Positions 16,364 to 25,585 are shown, numbered from the stretch's first letter. The stretch: 34,139 bases of DNA from an uncultured Thermotogae bacterium (GCA_964513485.1 CAZENJ010000007.1:1-34139); one strand, 5' to 3'. Translations and numbers: made by a program. The notes: generated by a model not told the origin, from the sequence alone.

Positions 16364-17560
16364 ATGTTACGGATCGAAAGAGACGCGAAAATTTTGGTAG
16401 TGTTCTCGCTCTTCTGTACTTTCGGGGTCAGCAATATTGTCCCTTACATCCCGATATTTGGCAGGGAGATCGGTATGCCGGTCGCACTGATCGGGAATCT
16501 CGTCCTGCTTTACTACCTGCTGCAGGCAGTTACCAGAGTCCCTCTCGGCCGGCTGTCTGACCTGATCGGCCACCACCGGCCCGTCCTGCTCGGCTCGTTG
16601 CTTTACCTTTTCGCCTCGCTCGCTTTTCTCCTTTCCTTGAAGGTCTGGCCGCTGATATTCCTCGGCGAGATACTTCTCGGGCTGGCCAATTCGATAACCT
16701 GGGTGACGATTCCCTCCTACATCACCAGCTCTTCAAACGCTTTGCCGGTCTATTCCTTCTCCGTCGGCCTGGGCTGGTTGATCGGTTCCCCGACAGGGGG
16801 TTATGTGAAGGACAATTTTGGAATGAGCTGGGTCTTCTTTACCCTGACGCTCGTCGCCCTGGTCCTGGTCTATCTTTCCTGGCTCTTTTACTACGAGAGC
16901 AACGACCTGAATAAACGTGAATCCGTCCGGAATTTCATCAAGATGTCCTCGGTTTCCCCGTCGACCTTCCCGATCTACCCTTCCCTGAAGTCCTATCTCG
17001 AGGGCTGGCGCCTGTTAAAGAGCAATTCCGAACTGCTTTTCGCTTCCCTCTTCTCGTTTATCGTCTTTATGACTTTTGGCCTCGGAGCGTCGGTCGTGCC
17101 GCTCTACTTCAGCGAGATCGGGATCGCCTCGTTTTTCATCGGAATCCTGATTTCGATCAGGGTCGCCACCTCCACCTTCATCAAATTGGCCTGTAAGAGA
17201 TTTACCTCGGCCTTTGGCAACTACAAAGTGCTTATTTTCAGTACGGTATTTGCCGGACTCTTCATCGTCCTCGTCTCACTGAGCCAGAACCTGATTCTCC
17301 TCGCGGTATTTTCGGCCCTCTGGGGCCTGGGGTCGGGACTTTACCTGCCGATAGTCTTCGACATCATCGGGAATAATACCGAGGAAGAGGACAGGGGGAT
17401 CGCCATGGGGATCAGGGGGACGCTTGGAACTTTTGGCGCGGCTTTCGGCACCTGGTCGTTCTCGACGATAGCCGGGAGCCTCTCGCTCTCGGTAGCTCTG
17501 CTGTTGGCGGGCATCTTCGCGGCTCTGGGTAGCGTAGTTCTGGGTATAGTATTCAGATAA
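16364..17560 (+). CDS. MFS transporter (12 predicted TM helices)
   Basis: 398 aa, highly hydrophobic. MFS signature-like loop PLGRLSDLIGHHRP between TM2 and TM3. RBS AAGGTGG. Confidence 0.8.
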   Translation: MLRIERDAKILVVFSLFCTFGVSNIVPYIPIFGREIGMPVALIGNLVLLYYLLQAVTRVPLGRLSDLIGHHRPVLLGSLLYLFASLAFLLSLKVWPLIFLGEILLGLANSITWVTIPSYITSSSNALPVYSFSVGLGWLIGSPTGGYVKDNFGMSWVFFTLTLVALVLVYLSWLFYYESNDLNKRESVRNFIKMSSVSPSTFPIYPSLKSYLEGWRLLKSNSELLFASLFSFIVFMTFGLGASVVPLYFSEIGIASFFIGILISIRVATSTFIKLACKRFTSAFGNYKVLIFSTVFAGLFIVLVSLSQNLILLAVFSALWGLGSGLYLPIVFDIIGNNTEEEDRGIAMGIRGTLGTFGAAFGTWSFSTIAGSLSLSVALLLAGIFAALGSVVLGIVFR

Positions 17561-17580
17561 ATCCCGGCAAGGAAGGAACG

Positions 17581-18087
17581 TTATACCAGGTCCGCCAGCC
17601 AGGGATCGAGCAGGTGTTTTAACAGGGCCAGGACGGTTACGCTCGCGACGATAAAGAGGAAGGAAACCCAGCCACCACCTGTGGCCAGCCCGAGGGCTGT
17701 TCCCGCGGCCGGCGGGTGCTCCGTGTCGGTTATCACCATGACGAACATGCTTGCTGCCACCGCGAGCGAGCTGGTAATGATCAGCGTAGTTTGAGTTCCC
17801 GGGAGTAGCCCCAGCAGGTGGTAAGCTCCCAGGCCGATGGCTCCCGAGAGAAGATGGCTGCCGATCATGTTGCGGGCCCGGGCCGTGTAACTGTTGGGCG
17901 TTAGAAACCCGATGAAAAGGGAAGAGCCGAGGGCAGCGACCAGAGCCTTTCGTCCCATTATCCCGAGCAACGCCAGGGCCACCGTGAGGGAGACGAATGC
18001 CAGGAGGGTCTGCAAAAAGAAGTACCGCGGCTTTTTATTTAACTTGTCGTCGAGCTTGAGCCGAAACCAGTTCAAGCTTACCTCCAT
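17581..18087 (-). CDS. HPP-family integral membrane protein
   Basis: 168 aa, 4-5 TM segments, with the eponymous motif TDTEHPPAAGTALG. Confidence 0.8.
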   Translation of the reverse strand: MEVSLNWFRLKLDDKLNKKPRYFFLQTLLAFVSLTVALALLGIMGRKALVAALGSSLFIGFLTPNSYTARARNMIGSHLLSGAIGLGAYHLLGLLPGTQTTLIITSSLAVAASMFVMVITDTEHPPAAGTALGLATGGGWVSFLFIVASVTVLALLKHLLDPWLADLV

Positions 18088-18228
18088 CGTTACGTTGTTA
18101 TCCTTTATTATACCAAAAGATTTCCCGGGAGAAAATTGGGTTTCAGTTGCTCGTTTGGCCGGCTATAATTAACGCCGGCGGGTTAACTGCGGACCCTTTC
18201 TTCCCCCCTTTACGGGAGGTGACTTGTC

Positions 18229-18576
18229 GTGATTGAGTCCTACTCTTTTGGCAGCATGGTCGTTGACGGTGAGAAGTACAGTGATGATCTTATGATCCAT
18301 GACGGAGAGGTCAAATCAGGCTGGGTCAGAGGGCGGGGACATCTGCTCCGGCCCGGAGACCTGACCTGGATCGTTGACAGGCAGCCGGATCTTCTGGTTG
18401 TCGGTACCGGGAGCAGCGGCAGGATGAGAATAGGCGATGGCGTCGGAAAATTTCTCGCCGATAAAGGTATTGACATCTGGTCCGGTAAGACAAAGAAGGC
18501 GGCGGACCACTTCAACGATGAACGGAAGGAGAGAGGCGAGGAAGAAGTCGCCGGAGCTTTTCACCTGACCTGTTGA
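18229..18576 (+). CDS. Mth938-like (DUF498) domain protein
   Basis: 115 aa. SYSFGSMVVDGEKYSDDLMI...LLVVGTGSSGRM pattern typical of the Mth938/NDUFAF3-like fold. GTG start preceded by GGGAGGTGA. Confidence 0.6.
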   Translation: MIESYSFGSMVVDGEKYSDDLMIHDGEVKSGWVRGRGHLLRPGDLTWIVDRQPDLLVVGTGSSGRMRIGDGVGKFLADKGIDIWSGKTKKAADHFNDERKERGEEEVAGAFHLTC

Positions 18577-18609
18577 CCGAAGCGGGTCGGCCGAATTCGG
18601 GAGTGAACA

Positions 18610-19866
18610 ATGGAAAATTTTACGGACTCGGGAGAGGAAAGACGCACCCTGGGCGAGCTGAAGGAGATAATCCAGCAGACCATTCGGGTTCGCCGGATGA
18701 CCCTGGGATTGTTCTCTGCTCTCGCTTTTTACTTCCGCTTCGGGGCGGGACTGAATTTCCCTCTCCCCCTCATCTTCTCCCCCATGATGTGGGGCGTAAT
18801 TACGGTGCCGTTCTCCAGGTTGATCAAAGCGCAGAAATCGAAGGAGGGGTTGAACAACGTCCACTTCGGTTACTTCGTCGTCGAAGTCGCGATTCTGACG
18901 TACCTGATTCATATCATCGGCGGAGTAGAGTGGATAGGGGTTGCCTACTACGTTTTTACCGTCCTCTATGCCAACTTCTTTCTTCCCAGGAGAAAGGCGT
19001 GGACGATTACATTTCTGGCTATCGCTTTTTTTGCCGGGATCAGTTACGCGGAGTATTTCGGGTTGATCTCCCACTGGTCGATATTTGAGAAAAACCCGGA
19101 GCTCTACCAGAACTCCTTTTACGTAACCACCACCATCCTGGCCGGCGGGTTCGGATTGTACGTTACCACAGCCTATACCGTCCAGATTTTCGCCCGGCTA
19201 TTCCGGGAAAAGAACGAGTCCCTCCGCGAGAGGGAGGCAAAATTACAGAAGCTCTGGAAGGAGTTGATCTCCGCCCGGGAGGAGGAGAGGAGTCGGATAT
19301 CCAAGCGGTTACACGACCAGCTGGGCCAGACACTGATGGGCGTGAAAATGAAGCTGGACATTCTGGACAAGGAGATCGACGATTCTCGCCTGGACGAGGT
19401 CAAACAGTTACTCGGAGAGGCGATCGACGAAAGCCGCGATCTTTCTCATTTGCTCCGACCTTCTTCGCTCGACGAGCTCGGTCTGGAGGCGGCACTGAGG
19501 GAGCTCGTTGATAATTTCGACTCCTCGACCGATATAGAGTTCAGCGCCTCCCTTAACCTCTCGCGGGAGATTGAAGAGGAAGAAAAGAAGGCGATAATTT
19601 ACCGGGCAATTCAGGAACTGCTGAATAACGCGGTCAAGCACGCGGACCCGGGAAAGGTCGAAGTAACTCTGGCGAACCGGGACTCGTTACTCGAGCTGAC
19701 AGTACTTGACGACGGGAAGGGTTTTGACCCGAACAGGGTGGTCAAGGAGTCCGGGCTGGGACTGAAAGGGATAAGAGAGAACATAAATATTGCCGGCGGC
19801 GATTTCGAAATCTTCTCCGAGGAGGGCGAAGGAACCAGAGCCGTTATCGAGCTTCCCCTGAATTAA
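18610..19866 (+). CDS. Sensor histidine kinase, HisKA_3/HATPase_c (NarL-partner class), with about 6 TM helices and no recognisable extracytoplasmic or PAS/HAMP domain
   Basis: H-box EERSRISKRLHDQLGQTL, N-box ELLNNAVKHA, G-boxes DDGKGF and GLGLKGIRE. The N-terminal 190 aa are almost entirely hydrophobic helices joined by very short loops. Confidence 0.85.
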   Translation: MENFTDSGEERRTLGELKEIIQQTIRVRRMTLGLFSALAFYFRFGAGLNFPLPLIFSPMMWGVITVPFSRLIKAQKSKEGLNNVHFGYFVVEVAILTYLIHIIGGVEWIGVAYYVFTVLYANFFLPRRKAWTITFLAIAFFAGISYAEYFGLISHWSIFEKNPELYQNSFYVTTTILAGGFGLYVTTAYTVQIFARLFREKNESLREREAKLQKLWKELISAREEERSRISKRLHDQLGQTLMGVKMKLDILDKEIDDSRLDEVKQLLGEAIDESRDLSHLLRPSSLDELGLEAALRELVDNFDSSTDIEFSASLNLSREIEEEEKKAIIYRAIQELLNNAVKHADPGKVEVTLANRDSLLELTVLDDGKGFDPNRVVKESGLGLKGIRENINIAGGDFEIFSEEGEGTRAVIELPLN

Positions 19867-19990
19867 TCTCCCCTCTTTACCAATCAATAGCTGAGAATGC
19901 CCCCGTCTTTGGCTCATTATTACAGAAAAATTAGTACAGGTAGCCCGTTTATCCTTTTGTGGAGTACATTAAACTATAGGTGATCTTGTT

Positions 19991-20737
19991 ATGATACTGT
20001 CTTTGAAACCAGAAGATCGCGGGACGAGTGGAACTTCAGGTTCGAAAGAAGAGCCGGAATCGACCGGCCCGGAGAAACGGGAGAAGCTGAAGATCGTCCT
20101 GGCTGACGACCACACCCTGGTCCGCCAGGGAATAGAGACGCTCCTGTCCGGAAAGGAAGCATACGAGATAGTCGGTCAGGCAGGGGATGGTTACGAGGCT
20201 CTGGAGCTGATCGAAGAGCACGAACCGGATATTGCGATTATCGATATTTCAATGCCCCGGCTCAACGGCCTGGAGGCGGCACGAAAGTTAAAGGACAAAG
20301 GAATGGATCTGGACGTTATATTTCTCTCGATGTACGACGACGAGGGCTACATCAGGCGGGCGATCAAGACCGGAGCGTCCGGTTACCTGTTGAAGGAGGA
20401 CGCAATAGACGAGCTGGAAGAAGCGATTGAGTCCGTGAGAAACGGATTTCACTACATGTCTCCGCCAATTCTTACTTCTCTCGTGGAGATGACGGAACGC
20501 GGTTTGAGCGCGATAGAGCCGGACGTACTGGATCGCCTGACCTCACGGGAGAGGGAGATACTTCAGTTAATCGCCGAGGGGAACTCCAATAAGGAGATCG
20601 CGGAACTGCTATCCCGCAGCGTGGAGACGGTTAGAACGCATCGGGCGAACCTGATGGAAAAACTGGACATACATTCGGCGGAGGAGATTCGGGAGTTTGC
20701 CCTGAAAGAAGGAATAATAAAGGATGAGGAGAAATGA
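19991..20737 (+). CDS. Response regulator, NarL/LuxR family (REC + LuxR-type HTH), with a roughly 33-aa low-complexity N-terminal extension
   Basis: KIVLADDHTLVRQG...DIAIIDISMPRLNG (REC). LTSREREILQLIAEGNSNKEIAELLSRSVETVRTHRANLMEKL (LuxR HTH). RBS AGGTGA 7 nt upstream of the ATG. Confidence 0.9.
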   Translation: MILSLKPEDRGTSGTSGSKEEPESTGPEKREKLKIVLADDHTLVRQGIETLLSGKEAYEIVGQAGDGYEALELIEEHEPDIAIIDISMPRLNGLEAARKLKDKGMDLDVIFLSMYDDEGYIRRAIKTGASGYLLKEDAIDELEEAIESVRNGFHYMSPPILTSLVEMTERGLSAIEPDVLDRLTSREREILQLIAEGNSNKEIAELLSRSVETVRTHRANLMEKLDIHSAEEIREFALKEGIIKDEEK

Positions 20738-21765
20738 GCCGAAACGAGAAAATTCCGTCCCGCCTTTCGGGATACAGGGGAGAGATTTCGGAGAAGCTCA
20801 GGGTTTACGTGGACGGACGGCAGGGAAAGCTGTACGAGATGGTGAATTACCATCTCGGTTTCGACGGCGAGGTGGCCGACCGGCGCCTCCAGGGCAAGGC
20901 GATAAGGCCCTGTCTCGTCCTCTTCACGACCGAGGCCCTGGGCGGCAACCCGGCTGAAGCAATGCCGGCCGCGATTTCCCTGGAGCTGATTCATAACTTT
21001 TCCCTGGTTCACGACGACATTCAGGACGACGCGGACACCAGACGCGGCAGGGAGAGCGTGCAGAAGAAGTGGAGCCCGGCCCAGGCGATAAATGCTGGCG
21101 ACGGCCTGAAGGATCTGTCGCTGCTGGCGCTGACCGAGCTCTCCGACGGGAATAGACCGGAGAGGGCACTAGAAGCCGTCTCGGCGCTGAGCGAATACTC
21201 CCTCCGGATGATTCAGGGCCAGGTACTGGACCTGCACTACATGGAGAGGGACGACATAGATATTCCCGGTTACCTGAAAATGATCCGGGACAAGACCTGT
21301 GCCCTACTCGAAGGCGCTTTCCACCTCGGAGGGATATACGGTGGAGCAGACGAGGCCGAGATAGACGGACTGATCGAGTTCGGCCGGCTGCTGGGTTACG
21401 TCTACCAGATCAGGGACGATTACCTGGGAATCTGGGGCCAGCCGGAGATGGCCGGTAAGTCCGTTCAGTCGGATCTCGTGGAAAAGAAGCGGTCGTTCCC
21501 CGTAGTTTACGCCATGCAGGAAGGTCGGGGGGATGAACTGGAAGAATTGAAGGATATATATTATCGGGAAGGCAAGTTAACCGAGGAAGAGGTAAATCGG
21601 GTGAGAAATATTCTCGAAGGAATGGGTGCCAGGGAAAAGACGGAGGAGTGGGCGGAAAAGTACTGGAAAGAAGCGGAAGAACAGTTGGGAAAAACGGATA
21701 TGGATGCTCGAGCCAGGGAAGATCTGAAAAAGTTCGGTTCCTTTTTGTTAAACAGGAAGAAATAG
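20734..21765 (+). CDS. Polyprenyl diphosphate synthase (short-chain trans-prenyltransferase, FPP/GGPP synthase type)
   Basis: First Asp-rich motif LVHDDIQDD...RRG, second YQIRDDYLG. The start ATG overlaps the regulator stop (ATGA). Confidence 0.85.
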   Translation: MSRNEKIPSRLSGYRGEISEKLRVYVDGRQGKLYEMVNYHLGFDGEVADRRLQGKAIRPCLVLFTTEALGGNPAEAMPAAISLELIHNFSLVHDDIQDDADTRRGRESVQKKWSPAQAINAGDGLKDLSLLALTELSDGNRPERALEAVSALSEYSLRMIQGQVLDLHYMERDDIDIPGYLKMIRDKTCALLEGAFHLGGIYGGADEAEIDGLIEFGRLLGYVYQIRDDYLGIWGQPEMAGKSVQSDLVEKKRSFPVVYAMQEGRGDELEELKDIYYREGKLTEEEVNRVRNILEGMGAREKTEEWAEKYWKEAEEQLGKTDMDARAREDLKKFGSFLLNRKK

Positions 21766-21776
21766 GAGGAATATAC

Positions 21777-22820
21777 ATGGGCAGACCGATGAAGATGAAC
21801 GCCAGGATAGCGAGTTACGCCGCCAAACAGGTGGCCAAAGGGAGGAGACGTTTCCCCCTGGTAACGATTATCGAGCCGCTGGAGCAGTGTAACCTGCGGT
21901 GTACCGGATGCGGAAGAATCAGGGAGTACTCGGAGGACATGGACGAGAGGATGTCGCCGGAAGAGGTTCTGGGTGCCGCGGAAGAGTCCGGTGCTCCCGT
22001 CATTTCGATTTCAGGGGGCGAGCCGCTGATACATCCACAGATAGAGACGATAGTAAAGAGTTTGATCGACGAAGGTTACTACATTTACCTCTGTACAAAC
22101 GGCCTGTTGCTCGAGGAGAAATTGAATACTTTCGAACCCTCGGAAAAACTGGCTTTTGCCGTCCACCTGGACGGGACGGAAGAAGTTCATGACAAGTTTA
22201 CCAACAGGGAAGGAGTTTATCAGACAGCCTTTTCGGCACTGGAAAAGGCGATAGATAGGGGGTTCCGGGTCACGACGAATACGACGATATTCAAGGAGAG
22301 CGACCCGGACGACCTGCACGAGCTATTCCACAGGTTGACCGACGCCGGGGTCGAAGGGATCATGCTGGCTCCCGGATACAACTACGCCTCCGTCGACAGG
22401 AGTGCGGAGGAGCATTTCCTGGCACGCAAGGAGTCGATCGAGGTGTTTCAGGAAATTCTGGATCCGGATAAGGTCGAGGACTTTCCCTTTTACAATACCC
22501 CGCTTTACCTGGATTTTCTCCGGGGAAAGAGGGAGCTGAACTGTACTGCCTGGGCTTCGCCGACTTACACCGTCCGGGGGTGGCGGAAACCGTGTTACGT
22601 CCTGGCCGACGAACACGTCGATTCGGTGGAGGAAATACTCGAGGAAGAACTGTGGGAGGAGTACGGAATCGGCAACGACCGGCGCTGTAATAGCTGTATG
22701 ATCCATTCCGGCTTCGATACCGCCGGGACGATAGATCAGCTGCGGAGCAGGGAAGGGATGGTGGACCTGGTAAAGAGCGCGGTGCCGAAGAAGTTCAAGG
22801 ATATGCTATCGACTTCGTAA
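21777..22820 (+). CDS. hpnH: Adenosyl-hopene transferase, radical SAM
   Basis: N-terminus ...ARIASYAAKQVAKGRRRFPLVTIIEPLEQCNLRCTGCGRI matches the HpnH pattern (CX3CX2C directly after a basic helix). AGGAGG RBS 7 nt upstream of ATG 21777. The longer ORF from 21648 overlaps the preceding gene and is rejected. Confidence 0.85.
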   Translation: MGRPMKMNARIASYAAKQVAKGRRRFPLVTIIEPLEQCNLRCTGCGRIREYSEDMDERMSPEEVLGAAEESGAPVISISGGEPLIHPQIETIVKSLIDEGYYIYLCTNGLLLEEKLNTFEPSEKLAFAVHLDGTEEVHDKFTNREGVYQTAFSALEKAIDRGFRVTTNTTIFKESDPDDLHELFHRLTDAGVEGIMLAPGYNYASVDRSAEEHFLARKESIEVFQEILDPDKVEDFPFYNTPLYLDFLRGKRELNCTAWASPTYTVRGWRKPCYVLADEHVDSVEEILEEELWEEYGIGNDRRCNSCMIHSGFDTAGTIDQLRSREGMVDLVKSAVPKKFKDMLSTS

Positions 22821-22826
22821 AGAAAG

Positions 22827-23513
22827 ATGTTGACCGTGCTGGCCGCGATGAAAGTCGAGCTGGAAGGACCGTTCGGGCTGGATAAGAGCTCCACTTACTG
22901 GGCGGAATGCGACCTGGTTTATACGGGGATCGGCAGAAAGAACGCTCTGGAGACGCTGGAAAATTTAAAAGGGGATCCTGAAATGGAAGGAATACTTTCC
23001 GTTGGGTTCGTCGGTTCGATAGACCCTGAAGTCAAGCCTGGTGACCTCTGTCTCGTGGATAGAGTACAGGCAAGCGATCGGAAGGATAGCTTTTTCTCCG
23101 ACCGGGACTGGCAGGATCGTGCCAGTAGTGCACTGGAGGATGATTACCGGACCTGTGGGCTGCTGACGGTAGAGGATACCGTTAGCGGGGTCGAGGAAAA
23201 GCGGTCGCTGATAAAGGTCAAGGGGGCTTCGATAGTCGATCAGGAGACTTACTGGGTTGCCAGAGCGGCTGACGAACGGGATCTCCCCTTTTTGAGTCTT
23301 CGCGTCGTCTCAGACGGGCTGGATCAGGAATTGCCGCCGAAGTCCTGTTACGACGGCGACTCCGGCCGAGTCCGGCCCGGGAAAGTTCTCGCCTGGCTGG
23401 CGAGGGAACCGGGGAGGTTTGTCGATCTGACCCGGCTAGGAGTAAATAGTTTTCGGGCCCGGAGACGGCTGGCCGGCGCGGTCAACAGCGTGGTTCCCGC
23501 CCTTATGAGCTGA
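22827..23513 (+). CDS. hpnG: Hopanoid-associated phosphorylase/nucleosidase (PNP/UDP family)
   Basis: 228 aa. GIGRKNA, SVGFVGSIDPEVKPGDL and SLRVVSD blocks typical of the PNP_UDP_1 fold. Sits between hpnH and hpnA. Sequence alone cannot exclude an MTA/futalosine nucleosidase. Confidence 0.7.
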   Translation: MLTVLAAMKVELEGPFGLDKSSTYWAECDLVYTGIGRKNALETLENLKGDPEMEGILSVGFVGSIDPEVKPGDLCLVDRVQASDRKDSFFSDRDWQDRASSALEDDYRTCGLLTVEDTVSGVEEKRSLIKVKGASIVDQETYWVARAADERDLPFLSLRVVSDGLDQELPPKSCYDGDSGRVRPGKVLAWLAREPGRFVDLTRLGVNSFRARRRLAGAVNSVVPALMS

Positions 23514-23518
23514 TTCGG

Positions 23519-24520
23519 ATGAAATATCTGGTAACTGGAGCAAACGGTTTTGTCGGAAGCAATTTGGTTAAAGTGCTGCTCGAATCCGGCCACGACGTGC
23601 GGGGACTTATCAGGGAAAGCAGCAATACCGTCAACCTGGAGGGACTGGAGGTAGAAACCGTGATCGGGGATATCCGGAAGCCGAAAGAGCTGGAAGAAGC
23701 CGTCAGCGGCGTGGACGGAGTGTTTCACACTGCCGCGCTGTACAGCTTCTGGGCCCCCGACTACGAGATCTTCTACGAGACGAACGTTGACGGGACGGAA
23801 AACGTGTTGAGAGCAGCGGAAGAGGCCGGCGTGGAGCGGCTGGTATTTACCAGTACGGCGTCTTTGCTCGCCCATTCCGATGATAAACGGAGTCTACCGG
23901 ACTCGCCGGACGATCTGCCGAGCGATTATAAAATATCGAAGTACTTTGCCGAACGAACGGCACTCGACTTCGGCTCGGAGAGCGCTATGGACGTCCTGGT
24001 GGCGAGCCCGACCGTTCCTATCGGTCCGGGAGATTACGGTCCGACGCCGACGGGCCGGCTGATTCTGGAGTTTCTCAACGGCAGGATGAAAGGGTTCGTC
24101 GATATGGACTTCAACCTGGTCGACGTCGAAGACGTCGCCGAGGGGCATCTGATCGTCATGGAGGACGGAGAACCGGGAGAACGCTACGTGCTGGGAAACA
24201 GAAACACCAGCCTCTCCGAGGTGATCGATCTGCTGGCGCAGTTCACGGGATTGCCGAAACCGCTGTTCCGGATTCCCTATCCCCTGGCGCTGGGTGCCGC
24301 CTGGGTGGACGAGTTCCTGGAGGGGTTTTTGTTGAACAGCCGTCCGTCTATTCCCATCTCCGCGATCGAGTCGACGCGAGTGGACGAGAGGATAGATCCC
24401 ACTCCCTGGGTTGAGGACCTGGGTTTGCCGAAGACGCCGCTGGCCACAGCCCTGAAGAAATCGATCGACTGGTTCGTCAGGAACGGTTACGTAAAAAATG
24501 AAGGAGCTCTGAGAAGATGA
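23519..24520 (+). CDS. hpnA: Hopanoid-associated NAD-dependent sugar epimerase/reductase (SDR, extended)
   Basis: MKYLVTGANGFVGSNLV Rossmann motif and YxxxK (YKISKYF). About 330 aa. Operon context with hpnG/hpnH. Confidence 0.7.
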   Translation: MKYLVTGANGFVGSNLVKVLLESGHDVRGLIRESSNTVNLEGLEVETVIGDIRKPKELEEAVSGVDGVFHTAALYSFWAPDYEIFYETNVDGTENVLRAAEEAGVERLVFTSTASLLAHSDDKRSLPDSPDDLPSDYKISKYFAERTALDFGSESAMDVLVASPTVPIGPGDYGPTPTGRLILEFLNGRMKGFVDMDFNLVDVEDVAEGHLIVMEDGEPGERYVLGNRNTSLSEVIDLLAQFTGLPKPLFRIPYPLALGAAWVDEFLEGFLLNSRPSIPISAIESTRVDERIDPTPWVEDLGLPKTPLATALKKSIDWFVRNGYVKNEGALRR

Positions 24521-25581
24521 ACGGGACGAGAGTTGTCGACGTCGGCGGGGTAAAGATAGGGGGCGACAACCCCGTCGTAGTCCAGTCCATGACCAATACG
24601 GCGACGGAAGACGTCGAGCGGACGCTGCGCCAGGTTCGTGGATTGGTCGAACGAGGCTGTGAGCTCGTCCGGGTTGCAATTCCGGACAGCGCGGCCGGAG
24701 AGGCTCTACCGGAAATAGTGAAGAATAGCCCGGTGCCGATAATTGCCGATATCCACTATTCTCCCGAACTGGCCTTTATGGCTCTGGAGGCGGGAGTGGA
24801 TAAGCTCAGGCTGAACCCCGGAAACATCACGGAGGAAGAAGCCATCGGGGATATCGCGAAAGAAGCGAGGGCCCGGGCGATACCGATACGGGTTGGAGTC
24901 AATTCCGGCTCTCTTGACCGGGAAATCGTCGAAGAGTTCGGCAGGACCGCAGAAGCGATGGTCGTGAGCGCGGAGAGGGAGATAGCCCTGCTGAAAAGGG
25001 AGGGCTTCGAGGACATAGTCGTCTCGTTAAAGTCGAGCGAGGTCAATACGACGATCGAAGCCAACGAAATATTCTCCGAGCGCTACGACTACCCGCTGCA
25101 CCTCGGGGTGACGGAGGCCGGGGGAGGGCGAAGCGGCCTGGTCAAGTCCTCGATCGGTATCGGGGCGCTGCTCCAGCGGGGGATCGGGGATACTATAAGG
25201 GTCTCGCTGACGGCCGACCCCCGGGAGGAAGTCGCTGCGGCGTACGACATTCTCAGATCCCTTGGTTTGCGGGATAGAGGTATGGACCTTGTCTCCTGCC
25301 CCACCTGTGGACGAACGCAGGTCGAGGTTGAAGAAATAGGCCGACAGCTGGAGGAGAGGCTGGGCGACCTCGAAGATCCCGTCAGAGTAGCCCTAATGGG
25401 CTGTTCGGTTAACGGAATCGGGGAAGCCGGTTCGTCGGATATCGGGGTGGTCGGAACGGCACGGGGCGGAGTCCTTTACGTAAACGGCGAGCAGGAGGAG
25501 TTGATATCCGCTGCCACTACGGAGGCCGTCGTCGACCGGCTGGAGAGCCGGATCAGGAATTATTTGAAAAACGGGGAGTAA
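24517..25581 (+). CDS. ispG: 4-hydroxy-3-methylbut-2-en-1-yl diphosphate synthase (MEP pathway)
   Basis: GGDNPVVVQSMTNT, RVAIPD, LRLNPGN, RVGVNSGSL, Fe-S cysteines SCPTCGRT and MGCSVNGIGE. The start overlaps the hpnA stop (ATGA). Confidence 0.95.
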   Translation: MNGTRVVDVGGVKIGGDNPVVVQSMTNTATEDVERTLRQVRGLVERGCELVRVAIPDSAAGEALPEIVKNSPVPIIADIHYSPELAFMALEAGVDKLRLNPGNITEEEAIGDIAKEARARAIPIRVGVNSGSLDREIVEEFGRTAEAMVVSAEREIALLKREGFEDIVVSLKSSEVNTTIEANEIFSERYDYPLHLGVTEAGGGRSGLVKSSIGIGALLQRGIGDTIRVSLTADPREEVAAAYDILRSLGLRDRGMDLVSCPTCGRTQVEVEEIGRQLEERLGDLEDPVRVALMGCSVNGIGEAGSSDIGVVGTARGGVLYVNGEQEELISAATTEAVVDRLESRIRNYLKNGE

Positions 25582-25585
25582 GCTT

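Noticed and set aside
21648-21776. Upstream extension of the hpnH ORF (MGGKVLERSGRTVGKNGYG...), giving a 390-aa product.
   Set aside because: The extension overlaps the 3' end of the prenyl synthase gene in another frame and has no homology signal. ATG 21777 has a near-perfect AGGAGG RBS and yields the canonical HpnH N-terminus.
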